Positions 47,837 to 59,800 of a stretch of DNA of 64,000 nt are shown piece by piece. The notes beneath the pieces were generated by a model, which worked only from the letters and a program-made list of their open reading frames with translations, searched no databases and was not told the DNA's origin. The DNA is from Asterias rubens. Taxonomy: Eukaryota. A program made the translations under genes and the position numbers. The stretch lies in the NCBI RefSeq assembly GCF_902459465.1, contig NC_047068.1:14632001-14696000 (forward strand). Direction: 5' to 3'. Each line of letters begins with the position of its first letter. Positions within the stretch are counted from its first letter, which is position 1.

Positions 47837-50800
47837 ATGGCGTCTTTCTGGCAGCAGACACGTGCCTTGCTGTATCGTAACTTCATGTTTAAGAGAAATG
47901 ACAAGATGTTTCAGGTAAGATAGGCTGGATTTAGAACCAACCCCAGGGGTCATCCTTTTGAGTTAGTGTTTTGCTTTTGTGGACCTATGGCTGAATACTA
48001 CTAATAAGGGGTAGCGTCAAGTTCTTAAACGACAGTTTAAGAATGAGCCACTAGATTTAACTCTTATCTTGTAAACTTACTTGGTAACAATCAATGGAGA
48101 GCTGTTGATAGTATACAACATTGTGAGAGGAGACTCCCTCTGAAGTGTTTTAGAAAGAGGTAAATGCGCACTCAAATAATAAAAGACTTCAGGCCTGAAG
48201 CCTTTTATTAGGCACCTGAAAGCACACACATTTGTGCAACAAGGGTGTTTTTTCTTTGCTTCGATGACTAATTGAGTCCAGATTTTTCACAGTTAGTTTA
48301 TGCATAAGATATGTTGGGATTATACACCAAGTGAGAATACTGGTCCAGTGCCTTTACATGTAATCAAGTAATCTTGATATATGGATCCTCCTTTCCAAAT
48401 GGAAGTGTGGGGTATCATTCCCAAGCAAGATTCTAGAAGGATGTTAGTGGTTTAGTTGCTATGACACTTGATGCCTCTCTTGTGGACTGTCATGCTTAAA
48501 GAGTGGAGTAAACATTGAATGGACCCTTTTCATGAAATATGCCAACTACATTCATGGATGGGTACAGACCCTTTTTGGTTGGCAAAAGCCATAGCGTTGT
48601 GCACAAGCAGATGTAAATCGTGTCTGCGCCACGCAGCCATTAGACGTGTACCGGTACAAAACAGCGCGATGTTCCCTCATTTTTGCCAACCAAAATGTTT
48701 GTGCAAAAGCCATAGCGTTGTGCACAAGCAGATGTACATCGTGTCTGCGCCTCTCAGCCATTAGCCGTGTACCGTGTAATGTTTGTGCGTGTAATGTTTG
48801 TGCGCATGCACTATGTGCAATGTGCATATTTCATGAAAAGGGTCCATTGTGCCAAGTTAACACATTTAGATTAAAAAATTACAGGTGGTTATGAGCAAGA
48901 CAATAATCTATAGGCCTAATGACAACAAGTTTTCTCAGTGTTAGATTGCATCATGATTTGCCTGTCTTGTCATACTGTTTGTGTTGGTGTGGTGTGGGTG
49001 TTATGTGTACATTTCTTTGTTGACTTTTGTCATTATGACTCTCTCTCTCTCAATGTCACAAAAGCCTTCACTTCATCTAACTCCAATTATACCAGGGAGA
49101 GTATTTCTTGCTTACATGTGAATTATGCTTACGCTTAAGCATTTTTTTGTTACTATAGTTAGCGCGATAATTTGCTTACTTTTATGCAGCGCTATGAAAT
49201 TTTTGCCATGGCTCAACTTCATGGAGTTGCTTAAGCAGGAAATATTGCTGAACAATGTGTGACATGGTAGTTTGGCTGTTAACTTTATGTTATTGTGCTT
49301 AGCTACTTTTTGTGCTTTAAGCAGCTCTCTGAAATTAGTCCTTGATCTTCTGTTTTTTTTGTTCTTTCCCCTGTACTAGGAATTTTTTTTGCCCTGTTTA
49401 TTCATGGCAAGTATGTATGGTATCAGTCTGTCAGCGAGACCCCAAGTGTTTAACCCACTAGAGTACAAGGACTTCCAAGACCACAGTCTTCTGAATATGT
49501 CCTTCCTCCCGAACACCTCCTCGCCATGGGCGTTTGCACCCAACACTCCAAGCACCCAAGCGGTAATGCTGAGTGTTAGGGCGTACTTTGGATCAGGAAT
49601 GCCAGAGTTTCTGGCATTTGACAGCGAAGCGGAGCTTGTGGGGAACTTCACAGCGCAAGAGGTTCCGCCGTTCTCCATCGGTGTTGTGTTTAACAATGAT
49701 TTCCCGCAGGACTTGGCTGTGACTATACGCATGACGTACTCGTCGACACCGCTTACCGCTCAAGGGGAGAGGTTTACCACAGAACGTAAGCCCACTATAA
49801 TAACGGAGAACATTAAACCTTCCTACAATCAGGGCCAAATTTCATAAAGCCTGTAAGCATACAAATTGCTAAGCATCGAAAAGTATTGCATAACAAAACA
49901 GGTTACCAGCCAAAACTTCATTATTTTTAAATTGTTGTGACTGGTGCCCCAATTAATATTTGCTTAGCAAAGAAATTCGTTAAGCGGTATTTTCTGCTTA
50001 CCTCTTTATGAAATTCGGCGCAGGTCACTTTTTTCAAAAACTATTTTGTTTCACAGAAATTCACAAACTTTTGTTTATATAAAAAGGGAAAATTCAAGCT
50101 ATGACCATTACTTTGATGACCTTTTTGGTCGATTGGAAGCAGCTAAAATCTTGTCGCCATTTGCAGTCGCAAAAGTTTTTTTGGGTGCAAGCCGCTTGCG
50201 GCCTTTAAAGTTTAAAGCTATGGTCTTTAAAGTTTGTTTCATACTACAGAGCCAAACCCAGGAAATAAGACCCCAATGTTTGTTTCACACAAGTAGGTCA
50301 TTATTAAACAAACAAACCATTGAACGTTTTTCATTTCCATCAGAGTCGTGTCGTCTGGAGAATTTCCCTGCCGGCCTGAATAGCTACAACTGCCCGGCAA
50401 ATCAGTATCTGTATTCCGGTTTTGCTGCTCTTCAAGTTGTCCTTCAAAATGCTGTTGCCTCGGTAAGACACTATGTGAAATAAGTTTTGTTTTTTGTAAC
50501 TTAAAGGCACTGGACACTATTGGTAATCACTCATAATAATTCTTAGAATAAAAACTTACTTGTTAACAACCAGTGGAGAGCTGTTGATAGTATGAAACAA
50601 TGTGAGAAATGGCTCCCTTTGAAGTAATGTAGTTTTTGAGAAAGAAGTTATTTAATGCTGCTCATTGATGTCCATTGAAATACTCTAAGAATGTTGGTAT
50701 TTGCTTCAGCAAAATAAAAACTGGTTAGCAGCTTTTATGATATGGGACCCAGGCCCATATAAATAACTCAGTTGGCATTTAAAGCTTCAAACAATACATC

Positions 50801-53800
50801 TCGAGCTACAGTTTGGTCTGAACAGACAAGTCACCGTGGTTGAATCAGACACATAAAAAGCGCTAAACCAATAACGGAAACTTTGATCCTGGTCAACAAA
50901 ACATGCCCACAAAAACATGAGGCCAAGTACAGGCTGTATGTACGTAGACACATAACATTGTGCCTGTGTGTCATTGATGTGTGCTTCTACCCTAGCAGAG
51001 TCTTTCTTGAAGGTTTTACACCTAAGTTTAACATAAGTAGTCGAGTGGAAATACGTAAATAGAGTAAGAGAAAGCACACAGGAACAAGCAAGGGGTAAAC
51101 AATGAATAGTGAGACAAAGGGTGGGGGGGTTCTTGTAAGATTTACGGAATTTTCCTGGAGAGCATTTGAAATTGAAACGTCTTTTCCATTTGTCCTTTAG
51201 CTGCATACTAATGAGACGATCTCACTTCCTGATGTATCGGTCAGAATGTTTCCGAAGGGTGCATTTGTATTAACCTCTCCCACTATCAGGGTTGTCAATT
51301 CTCTGTACTACATCATGATGTACTTAGTTTACATCGGTGTCCTCCTGTCCGTCCTTGTGTATGAGAAAGAGAAGAAGATTAAGGAAACAATGCTGATGAT
51401 GGGCATGAACAATGGCCCTTACTGGTGAGTTAAAGGCAGAGTCACACTGCAGCGACAACCAAAAACGATAAGGATCACGATGCGAAGAGAACCCATTCTA
51501 TTGGTTGAATGAGCATGTAATCTGCGTGGAGGAATTCAACCAATAAAATGCGTTCTCTTTGGGACGTGATTGTTGTCATATTCATTATGACTCAGCCTTA
51601 AAGGAACATTACAGAATTGGTTTTTGTTAACAAAACAGTTGCAGGCAGTGTAAGCACTTTATGTAATCCACCATATACATAAACTGACAAACCTGTAGAA
51701 GGCCATCTGGGTCACGAGAGAATAGTGAAAAACCGATTACAAATTTTGCATTGCATCGATGCCAAAATAAAAATGAATAAAACACTCACTGAGCGATAAA
51801 CTCAAAACGCGAGGTTAGATTATTTATTTTTCATCAAATATGACATTTCAGACAGAAATATTTCAAGGGATGTTTTCAACTATCATCATCATTAGACCGT
51901 GTAAGTTTTATGTAAATCTGTGATCTTCATGATTTTTGTATTTATACCAATTCTGTAACCTTTCTTTAAGATCATATAAACCTTCTTTTTAGTGTATTTT
52001 TGTTCAAACATAATAAAGTTTATTGATTAATTTTAAACCGTGTAGACACTATCTTTTTTCTCATTTTGATTTGTGTTCTGTAAAACAAATCTGGTTTAGT
52101 ACAACTTTGTAGCTACAATTGGTCTAGTGGATTTTGCACCCCTCCCCCCAATTTTTATTTAAAAAAAAATAAAAATAGAGCCCTGAAACATGAGCAAGTG
52201 GGATCAAAATTCCAATAGCAGACATTGAATGTATACTTAATTTGCTATCGATTCTAATATGTCTTGGTCTCTATTCTTTTTCTATATGTCTCTCTGACCT
52301 CAGGCTGTCATGGTTTATAACGTACACCTCCATCATTCTCTTTGTATCAATCTTGATTGCGGTTCTGAGTAAATACGCCATTCAGATCGTCCTGAAAGGC
52401 AACTTCCTCATTCTGTATCTGATCATGGCTGGCTATGGCTTGTCAAGTAAGTATATTTTAAGGGGTGAGTTCTTAAAGGAACACGTTGCCTTGGATCGGA
52501 CGAGTTGGTCTTTCACAAAGCGTTTGTAACGGTTTGTTATCAAATGCATATGGTTAGAAAGATATTTTAAAAGTAGAATACAATGATCCACACAAATTTG
52601 CCTCGAAATTGCGCCGTTTTCCTTTTACTTGTGAATTAACACGATCGGCCATTTATGGGAGTGAAAATTTTGACTCTCATAAATGGCCGACCGTATTAGT
52701 CGAAGAGGTAAAAGGAAAACCACGCAATTTCAAGTGATACTTGTGTGGATCCGCACGGCAACGACCCTGCTAGGTTTTAAATTGCAGTTTAAGAACAAGT
52801 CACTACTCTTTTTTTTCCATTCATAAATGGCTTTTTGGTTAAAAGGCGTAATAATCCAAGGAACTCTGTGAAACTTATTAAATCATTGCGGTACCCGCTG
52901 CCAAAACATAAGATTAAAACTGCATCTACTACCAGGTAATCTCAGTGGCCTAGTTGGTAAGACACTGCTTCAGAATTGCAAGGGTTGTCGGTTCGAAATC
53001 CCACTCGAGTAACATTCCTGTATTAAGATCATTGAGACTGACCAACTTACCTCTTTATAACAGGAACGTTGTAAAAGGCAAAACAAAGAAATACAAAGCA
53101 GAAATGAGATTTTTGGACCTTAGAATGTACTCTTTAAAAACAGAACCTCTTTTTAACGTTAATCTCCATAATAAAAGTTGACTCTTAAAGAAAGTCAGCT
53201 TCATAAAAAAAAAAGGAAACCTTTTTCTGTCAAAGAAAACAACATAAACTGAAGAGTTTCACAACTTGAGGTGAAGTTTGAAAGTGTAAACAATTTAATG
53301 GCGTTATTTTATCTTGGCAGTTGTCAGCATGGCGTTCATGTTTACGCCGTTCTTCAACAAGGCAACTGTCGCTGGGGCAGTGGGCTCTCTGGTGACCCTG
53401 GTGCTCTCTTTCCTCTATATCCCGATGTCGTTGATTGTAGGCACCCCCTCCGTGGTCAAATGGCTGCTGTCTTTCCTCTCCCCTGTGGCCATGGCCCTGG
53501 CAATGGATCAGGTAAGAATCGCCCTATTTCTGTCATGGCAAGCGGTTAAGAGCACCGGACTCCAGCTCTGATGTTTCTGATCAGCAGAGTGTGGGTTTCG
53601 GGTCCTGGGCCTTTTTTCCAAAAAGCAGAAAAAGCAGAAAGTGCTGCTTAAAAAATCCCTGCTTTACGATAAGAAGTAGGATACCAGTCACAAAATGTAC
53701 ATGTGACAAGGTATTTTAGCAAATTTTGTTTTGCTTAGTTTATTTTATGCCTAAGCAGCTCTATCAAAATGGCCCCTTGCAACACCTCAAATATCTTCTG

Positions 53801-56800
53801 AATGTGTTGTTTATTCCTTTTTCAAAAGCATTTTTGCAATTTCTATTGTTATTTTCTCGGATAGTAGAACACATCAAGCAAAAATAATTAACGAAAAGTA
53901 GTGCCACACTACGTCATTGCAGATGTTTTTTCAAAAATGTTTGTTTTGTTTCCTTTTCCATTTTTTTTTTGCGATCTCTTCCTCTGGATTCAGGCAATTG
54001 GATTGGACCAACTCGGAGTAGGTATCCAGTTTGATAACATGGGTATAGACGGCTTTCCTCCATACGTAGTCATGCTGTATGTAGATGCAGTGCTGTACTT
54101 CTTGCTAGCGATCTATTTTGACAATGTCGTCCCAGGTATGCAAATATTTCATTCCATTCAAACTATCACATTCATTTCCATACTTCATGAACATTTCCAA
54201 ATAGTACATAGCCAAAAAATTAGTTGAAGTCTAACTTTACCTCCATAAAGAATAAAATTGTTTACTAGGAAGATAAGTTAGTTAAGTATGGAGGCATCAT
54301 CTTCACATCATTTCATAAACAGTTCATTATAGCAGTATAAACTGCCGCTAAATGCTGAATTGCTAATTTATTTACAACTATAAAAAAGCAAAAAGAAAGC
54401 TACATCAATTCGCAAGAAAATTTTAACATTAAGAAATTGATTTGTTTGCGTCATGCAAAGCGTATCCAGATGTTAATGCATAAAATTTTACCTGGGACCA
54501 AAGTGGTCTCAAGAAATATTCTAATATTTGCTAGACTTGCAATTTACACTTTGTTGCTCATTATCATGACACCAATTTTGACGAGTAGTGCATATAATTG
54601 CATATATTGCGCAAAGGCTGTATACTCCCCAGGGAGCTGAGATGGTTTAAGGAGTGATTTAAGGCCCAGTGACCAGGGGTCATAATGTCTGAAGCGCTTT
54701 GAGACACCCATCGAGCGTGAAAAGCACTATAAAAAAACGGTCTATTGTTATTATTATTATTATTATTAAAACCCACAGGAGCCTACGGCCGACACAAGCC
54801 CCTGTTCTTCTGCTTCATGCCCTCGTATTGGAGCAGAAAAGAACGCAATGCTTATGGAAGCAGTTCACCAATAGATAACGAGGTCGTGAATAACGATGAA
54901 GGAGATGTTGAGCTGGTATCACAGGAGATGAAAGGCAGGGCCTCGATCAGGTGGGAAAGGGAAACATTTTAAAAGAGAGATTTTCTTGTCCGAGATTTAC
55001 TTTTGAAAACAATAACTTTCTCCAGAATATTCTTTTTTAAAAAGATTTTTTTGTTTGTTAATTGCTGAGACATAGCGAGTTTTGACTCAAGAACTTCTGT
55101 AAGATAAATAAATTGTCAGAGATTTATTTAAACAACAACTTTTCTAGAAGATTTTTTTAACGAGTTTTTGTTTGTTTAAATGACACGTCTTTCTTAGAGA
55201 GAGTTTTCCCCCCGAGAGATTTCTGATGATGGGTGGAAACATTTGAAATTTGAGCACTTCTCTGTTTTGTTTTGTGATCCTTTCCCCTCTACTATGGGTA
55301 TAAATTGATATTTAAAGCAATATTAATTTGTATTTTATAACCATTTGGAAAAAAACTTGAACAATAAATCATATTTTGTTGACAATAACATCTGGTAAAC
55401 CATCATGGATCTCATTGTTGATTTAATTGTCTTACTTGCAGAATTCGCAACATGAAGAAGACCTTCAAAGGACCAAAGAATAAGCCCGACATCCAAGCAG
55501 TTAGAGGTATAGCTAAGAACAATAGAGCCACGTTATTTCACTACTTTCACATGTAATGGCAGTAGAATTGGGCACTTCCCAAAAATAGATCTACCCAGCA
55601 AAAAGTAGATGTGGGCCCAATTTCATAAAGCTGTTATTAGAGATTTTCTTTGCTAAGCAAAAGGCGAGTGTGGCACGTGTTGCAACAATGTATACTTTTA
55701 TGGAGTAGTGGTTGGTAGCCTGTTCCTGCTAAGCAAGATTTTTTGTTCTTTACAGGCTTTATGAAACTGGGCTGTGGTGTTACAGGACTTACAGAAAAGC
55801 GATAAAAAACGAACATAAAATTTTGATATTGTGTTTCTTTGCAGGTATGGGCTTGGACATCTATGAAGGCCAGATCACTTGTCTTCTAGGTCACAACGGC
55901 GCGGGTAAAACAACCCTCATCAACATTCTGACCGGACTATTAGCGCCAGACAGTGGCCAGGCTACTATCTACGGCTACGACATCCGGGATCCGATACAGT
56001 TACAGAAAGTCCGGTCCATGGTTGGGGTGTGCTCCCAGGAGAACACCCTGATAGAGGCTCTGTCAGCGAGGGAGCACCTGAGGGTCTTTGCTGGACTGAA
56101 GGGAATTCCGTCAGAGAATATCGAAGAGGAGGTGAGATTATCAACATTCACCCTGTCAAAGTTTTAAAATATCTTTTGCTTTTTTACATTTCGGGAAAGC
56201 TACATTAAAGAATTTCCGAGTTTGGTCACAAAAACTCGGGAAGAATACATCATTTTCAGTGAGTGAGTGTGTTTACATTTATTCACTTTGATCATTGTCC
56301 GAGTGAAAAGTCAAGAAGAGTTTGGCATATCAACTCCAAGCCTGGTTTTTTTATTTTTTTATTCTCAAGGTCAGATGTCAAGGCATTATGGCTAAACCAA
56401 GAGAAATGTTGTCTGAGCCATTACTAAAGAAAGAATCTAACAATCCCTCGCACTTGCACTCACAAAAGGGCAGGGGACCGGCCCTTCTCAGTTGCTGGTC
56501 CCCCATGCTGGAACTCGCTACCAAATCATATTCGCAACACCAACTCACTCTAGACATTCAAGAGTAAACTTGTTCTCTTCTCGTTCATAAACTGACTTTT
56601 TCGTAGCTTTCTTTATTTCAGCATATTGTATCTTTGTAAAATGCGCTTTATAAGTCTTATTTATCATAATATCATGTTATTTGTCACCACACTATTCTTG
56701 TTTCCTGAAGCGTCTCACTTTGAGTGGCCCTTTTGCCTTGTGTTGTGGGCATTTTTCATTTAAAAAAACAAATATAATTGGCAATGTCCGTTACTTTGGT

Positions 56801-59800
56801 TATTTCCATTTATTTGTCTCTTTTCAGGTGAACAAGATATTGAAGCTGACCCTTCTAGATGATGTGGCATCCACTGTCTCCAAGAGTTTAAGTGGGGGAC
56901 AGAAACGCAAACTGTGCGTTGGAATCGCTCTTATTGGCAATCCAAAGGTGACTAAATACCAACGGACAAATTTCATTTGAACCAATCATCCCTCAAATAG
57001 GTTGCACCATTTGGATGTCAATGTCCATAAGATGGACAGATGAAATAAGTATATATAGGGGCATTGCTTCGCAACAGACGGCATAGGGTAGAGTGAAAGG
57101 GAGAATTAGTGAAGAGGCTTTTCCTCCTGCAGTGAAACAGGCTAGACGACGACAACGTCCATGTGTTATATCTGAATCTGAATTGTTTAGTCGGCAACGC
57201 ATTCCTAGGGGAAACATCACACCAACTTTTTGTTAAGAAGACAATGAAGTAATTTCAGTTTTGGTTGTTGGAGGAAAACCCCTTTTGGGAAAACTTGTGC
57301 AGTCAGGTAGGGACTGAAAAACTCAATCCACATGGGGGAATCGAACCGGGGTCCACAAGAGAAACATGCGAAGAATGTATGAATCTTAAACAAATATGTA
57401 AAACCAAGAAAAGTTTGACATGTCTGTAGAAAATGAAAGCGTACGGCACACATTTACCTCCCTCCCTCCCAGCGTACTTGTGAACAGCCTCTAAATGGAT
57501 CACTTCTCTGTTAACCATCTGATGGGAATTAAAGCTGTTTGTCCCATGTGTTGTGTAATGCATGTAAAAGAACCCAGAACACTTCTCAAAAAGAGAAAGA
57601 GTTCGCCCTGGTGTTCCTGTTTTGATTGGCAGCATATTGCAGGAAAAAGCTTTTGAGCACTTTGAGCATCACTGAGTGACAGATATGCGCGTTTTTTAAA
57701 AGCTACTGATATATTACTTTTAACCTACAGGTGATCTTCCTAGATGAACCAAGCAGTGGAATGGATCCATATTCCCGTAGAGAGCTTTGGACTCTACTCA
57801 AGAGTCAGCGACACGGAAAGGTTACCGTACTCACCACACACTTCATGGATGAAGCTGACATACTGGCAGGTCAGAGGTCATATTTAAATTGAGAAGCTTT
57901 GGGGGCAGGGAAACAATGAGCAATCACTGCCAAACCCCTTTCAGATACTTTTGGTACACCTGGGGTTCGTTTTTTTACAGAGAGCTAGGATTGGTTGTAA
58001 GTTCGGATGGGCTAGATAGATAGCTCAGTTGGTAGAGGGCGGGCACATTAATCCAAAGGTCGTTGGTTCTAGTCCCACTTTAGTTGATTTGTCTTTGTCC
58101 ACTCCAAATTAAGCTGAACTGCTAAGCAAAGTTTGATATAAAATACAACTCACTGTGGTATTGCTTTGTGAAATCAAACTCTGACCCCCTTGACAAGCAT
58201 GTTAGGCTGTTCAGTAGCGAACTTGTATCAATCTCTTTGTCTTAATTTGTTTTTCATTTCCCCATTTTGATTTTTTCTTCTTATTAAATCTTCTTTTAAT
58301 CTTGAATTGACCAGATCGGAAAGCCATGATGTCCAAGGGTAACTTAAGATGCTACGGATCTTCACTCTTCCTGAAGTCAAGATTTGGGATTGGATACCAT
58401 CTTGGGTAAGGATTAACTTAGACTTCAGGCCATTCTTATTTCATTAAAACTGTTTCCTTTTTTAAATAAAGGCTCCACATTTTTGCTGATGTTGTTTGTT
58501 ATCTCCAATGGGTTGAGTAGGCCATAACCTACATCAGTGTATAACTGTTACAATAGACACCTTGCATATGACACGGTTGGGAAAAATTTGGTTCCGGAAG
58601 TTCGAATCTACTTAAGTCCTGCACATGCTATTTGAGGTTGGGGTTGGGATAGGCAAGGGGACCATAAGCCTTTTGGAGGTATGGCAGACGTGATAGGAGT
58701 ATACTGTTTGGTTTGGGTGTATACACACAAATTTACCCAAACCTTATAGTGTTGTAGCAATGTGTCCGACATATCTCAAAAAGGCTTATTGGGTGCTACT
58801 ATCTCATGCACCCAAAGTATTTCCCAACGCGAAAAGGCGCAATGCATGAAAATCAGATTTTTTGATTGTCTTGGCCGATGTAACAAGAGTCACCCTTTGA
58901 TTGTGTTTTTGTTTAATAGCATGGTGGTAGACCAGGATATAGACACTGACAGGATTACCGAGATTGTAACGAGTCACATCCCAGAGGGTAAAGTGTCACG
59001 CAGTCACGGCATGGAGCTCGCCTACACACTACCCCTGAAAGACACTAACAGGTTCCCTGGTGCGTAAGATTTTAAGCTTGTTTAAATTCTCTCAGGAATG
59101 CCATACCTTGTATGCCTATGAGTAGTATGAGTAGTATAAGCACAATTTTTAACTCTTTCAGTGCCAGCTTTTTTAGGTTTGGGGAATTTCTGTAATAAAA
59201 ATCTTTAAACAAATTTGCTCATCAAACAAAATGAAGGACACCAACAGGTTACCTGGGTTTTTTTTTTAAGTAATAATAATACTAATTATCTGCTGATTTC
59301 TGCTTTTTAGTTTCTTTTTTTTTTTTTTTTTTCAACCGCTTTTTGAAGTTGCATGGTCTGCAGACACCTAGTGCATTAACCTTCTCATTATTAATGCCAT
59401 TAGTTATTTATGTATTGTTCTGTTTCTTGTAAAGTGCTGTGGTACCCTGTGTAAGAGCGCTCTTTTGTTTTTTTTCACTGGACTTGGGGAAAGTATTGAG
59501 TATACAGTGCTAACACACATCGGTGTATGAGTAAACAACCGAAATTATTACTAATCTTCTTCTGTCTCTACTGTCTTCAAAATCTGAACAGATCTTTTCC
59601 AAGCTCTGGAAGAGCCTTGCAAGGAGAGTTCTTCCCAGAAGACGGTCGCTCAAGATCTTGGCATCCAGACCTACGGGGTATCCATGACATCCCTCGAAGA
59701 AGTGTTTCTTAAACTGAATGAGGAGGAGGAGGCTGAAGAGGCACAAGCTGATGATGTTCTTGGCACTTCAGGTAGAAGCTTAGCTAGCAATTTGTCTTGA

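Noticed and set aside
52940-58085. tRNA genes at 52940, 53530, 58010 (and 31394)
   Set aside because: A/B boxes are present but the acceptor and anticodon stems do not pair; they continue into SINE bodies or are truncated SINE heads.
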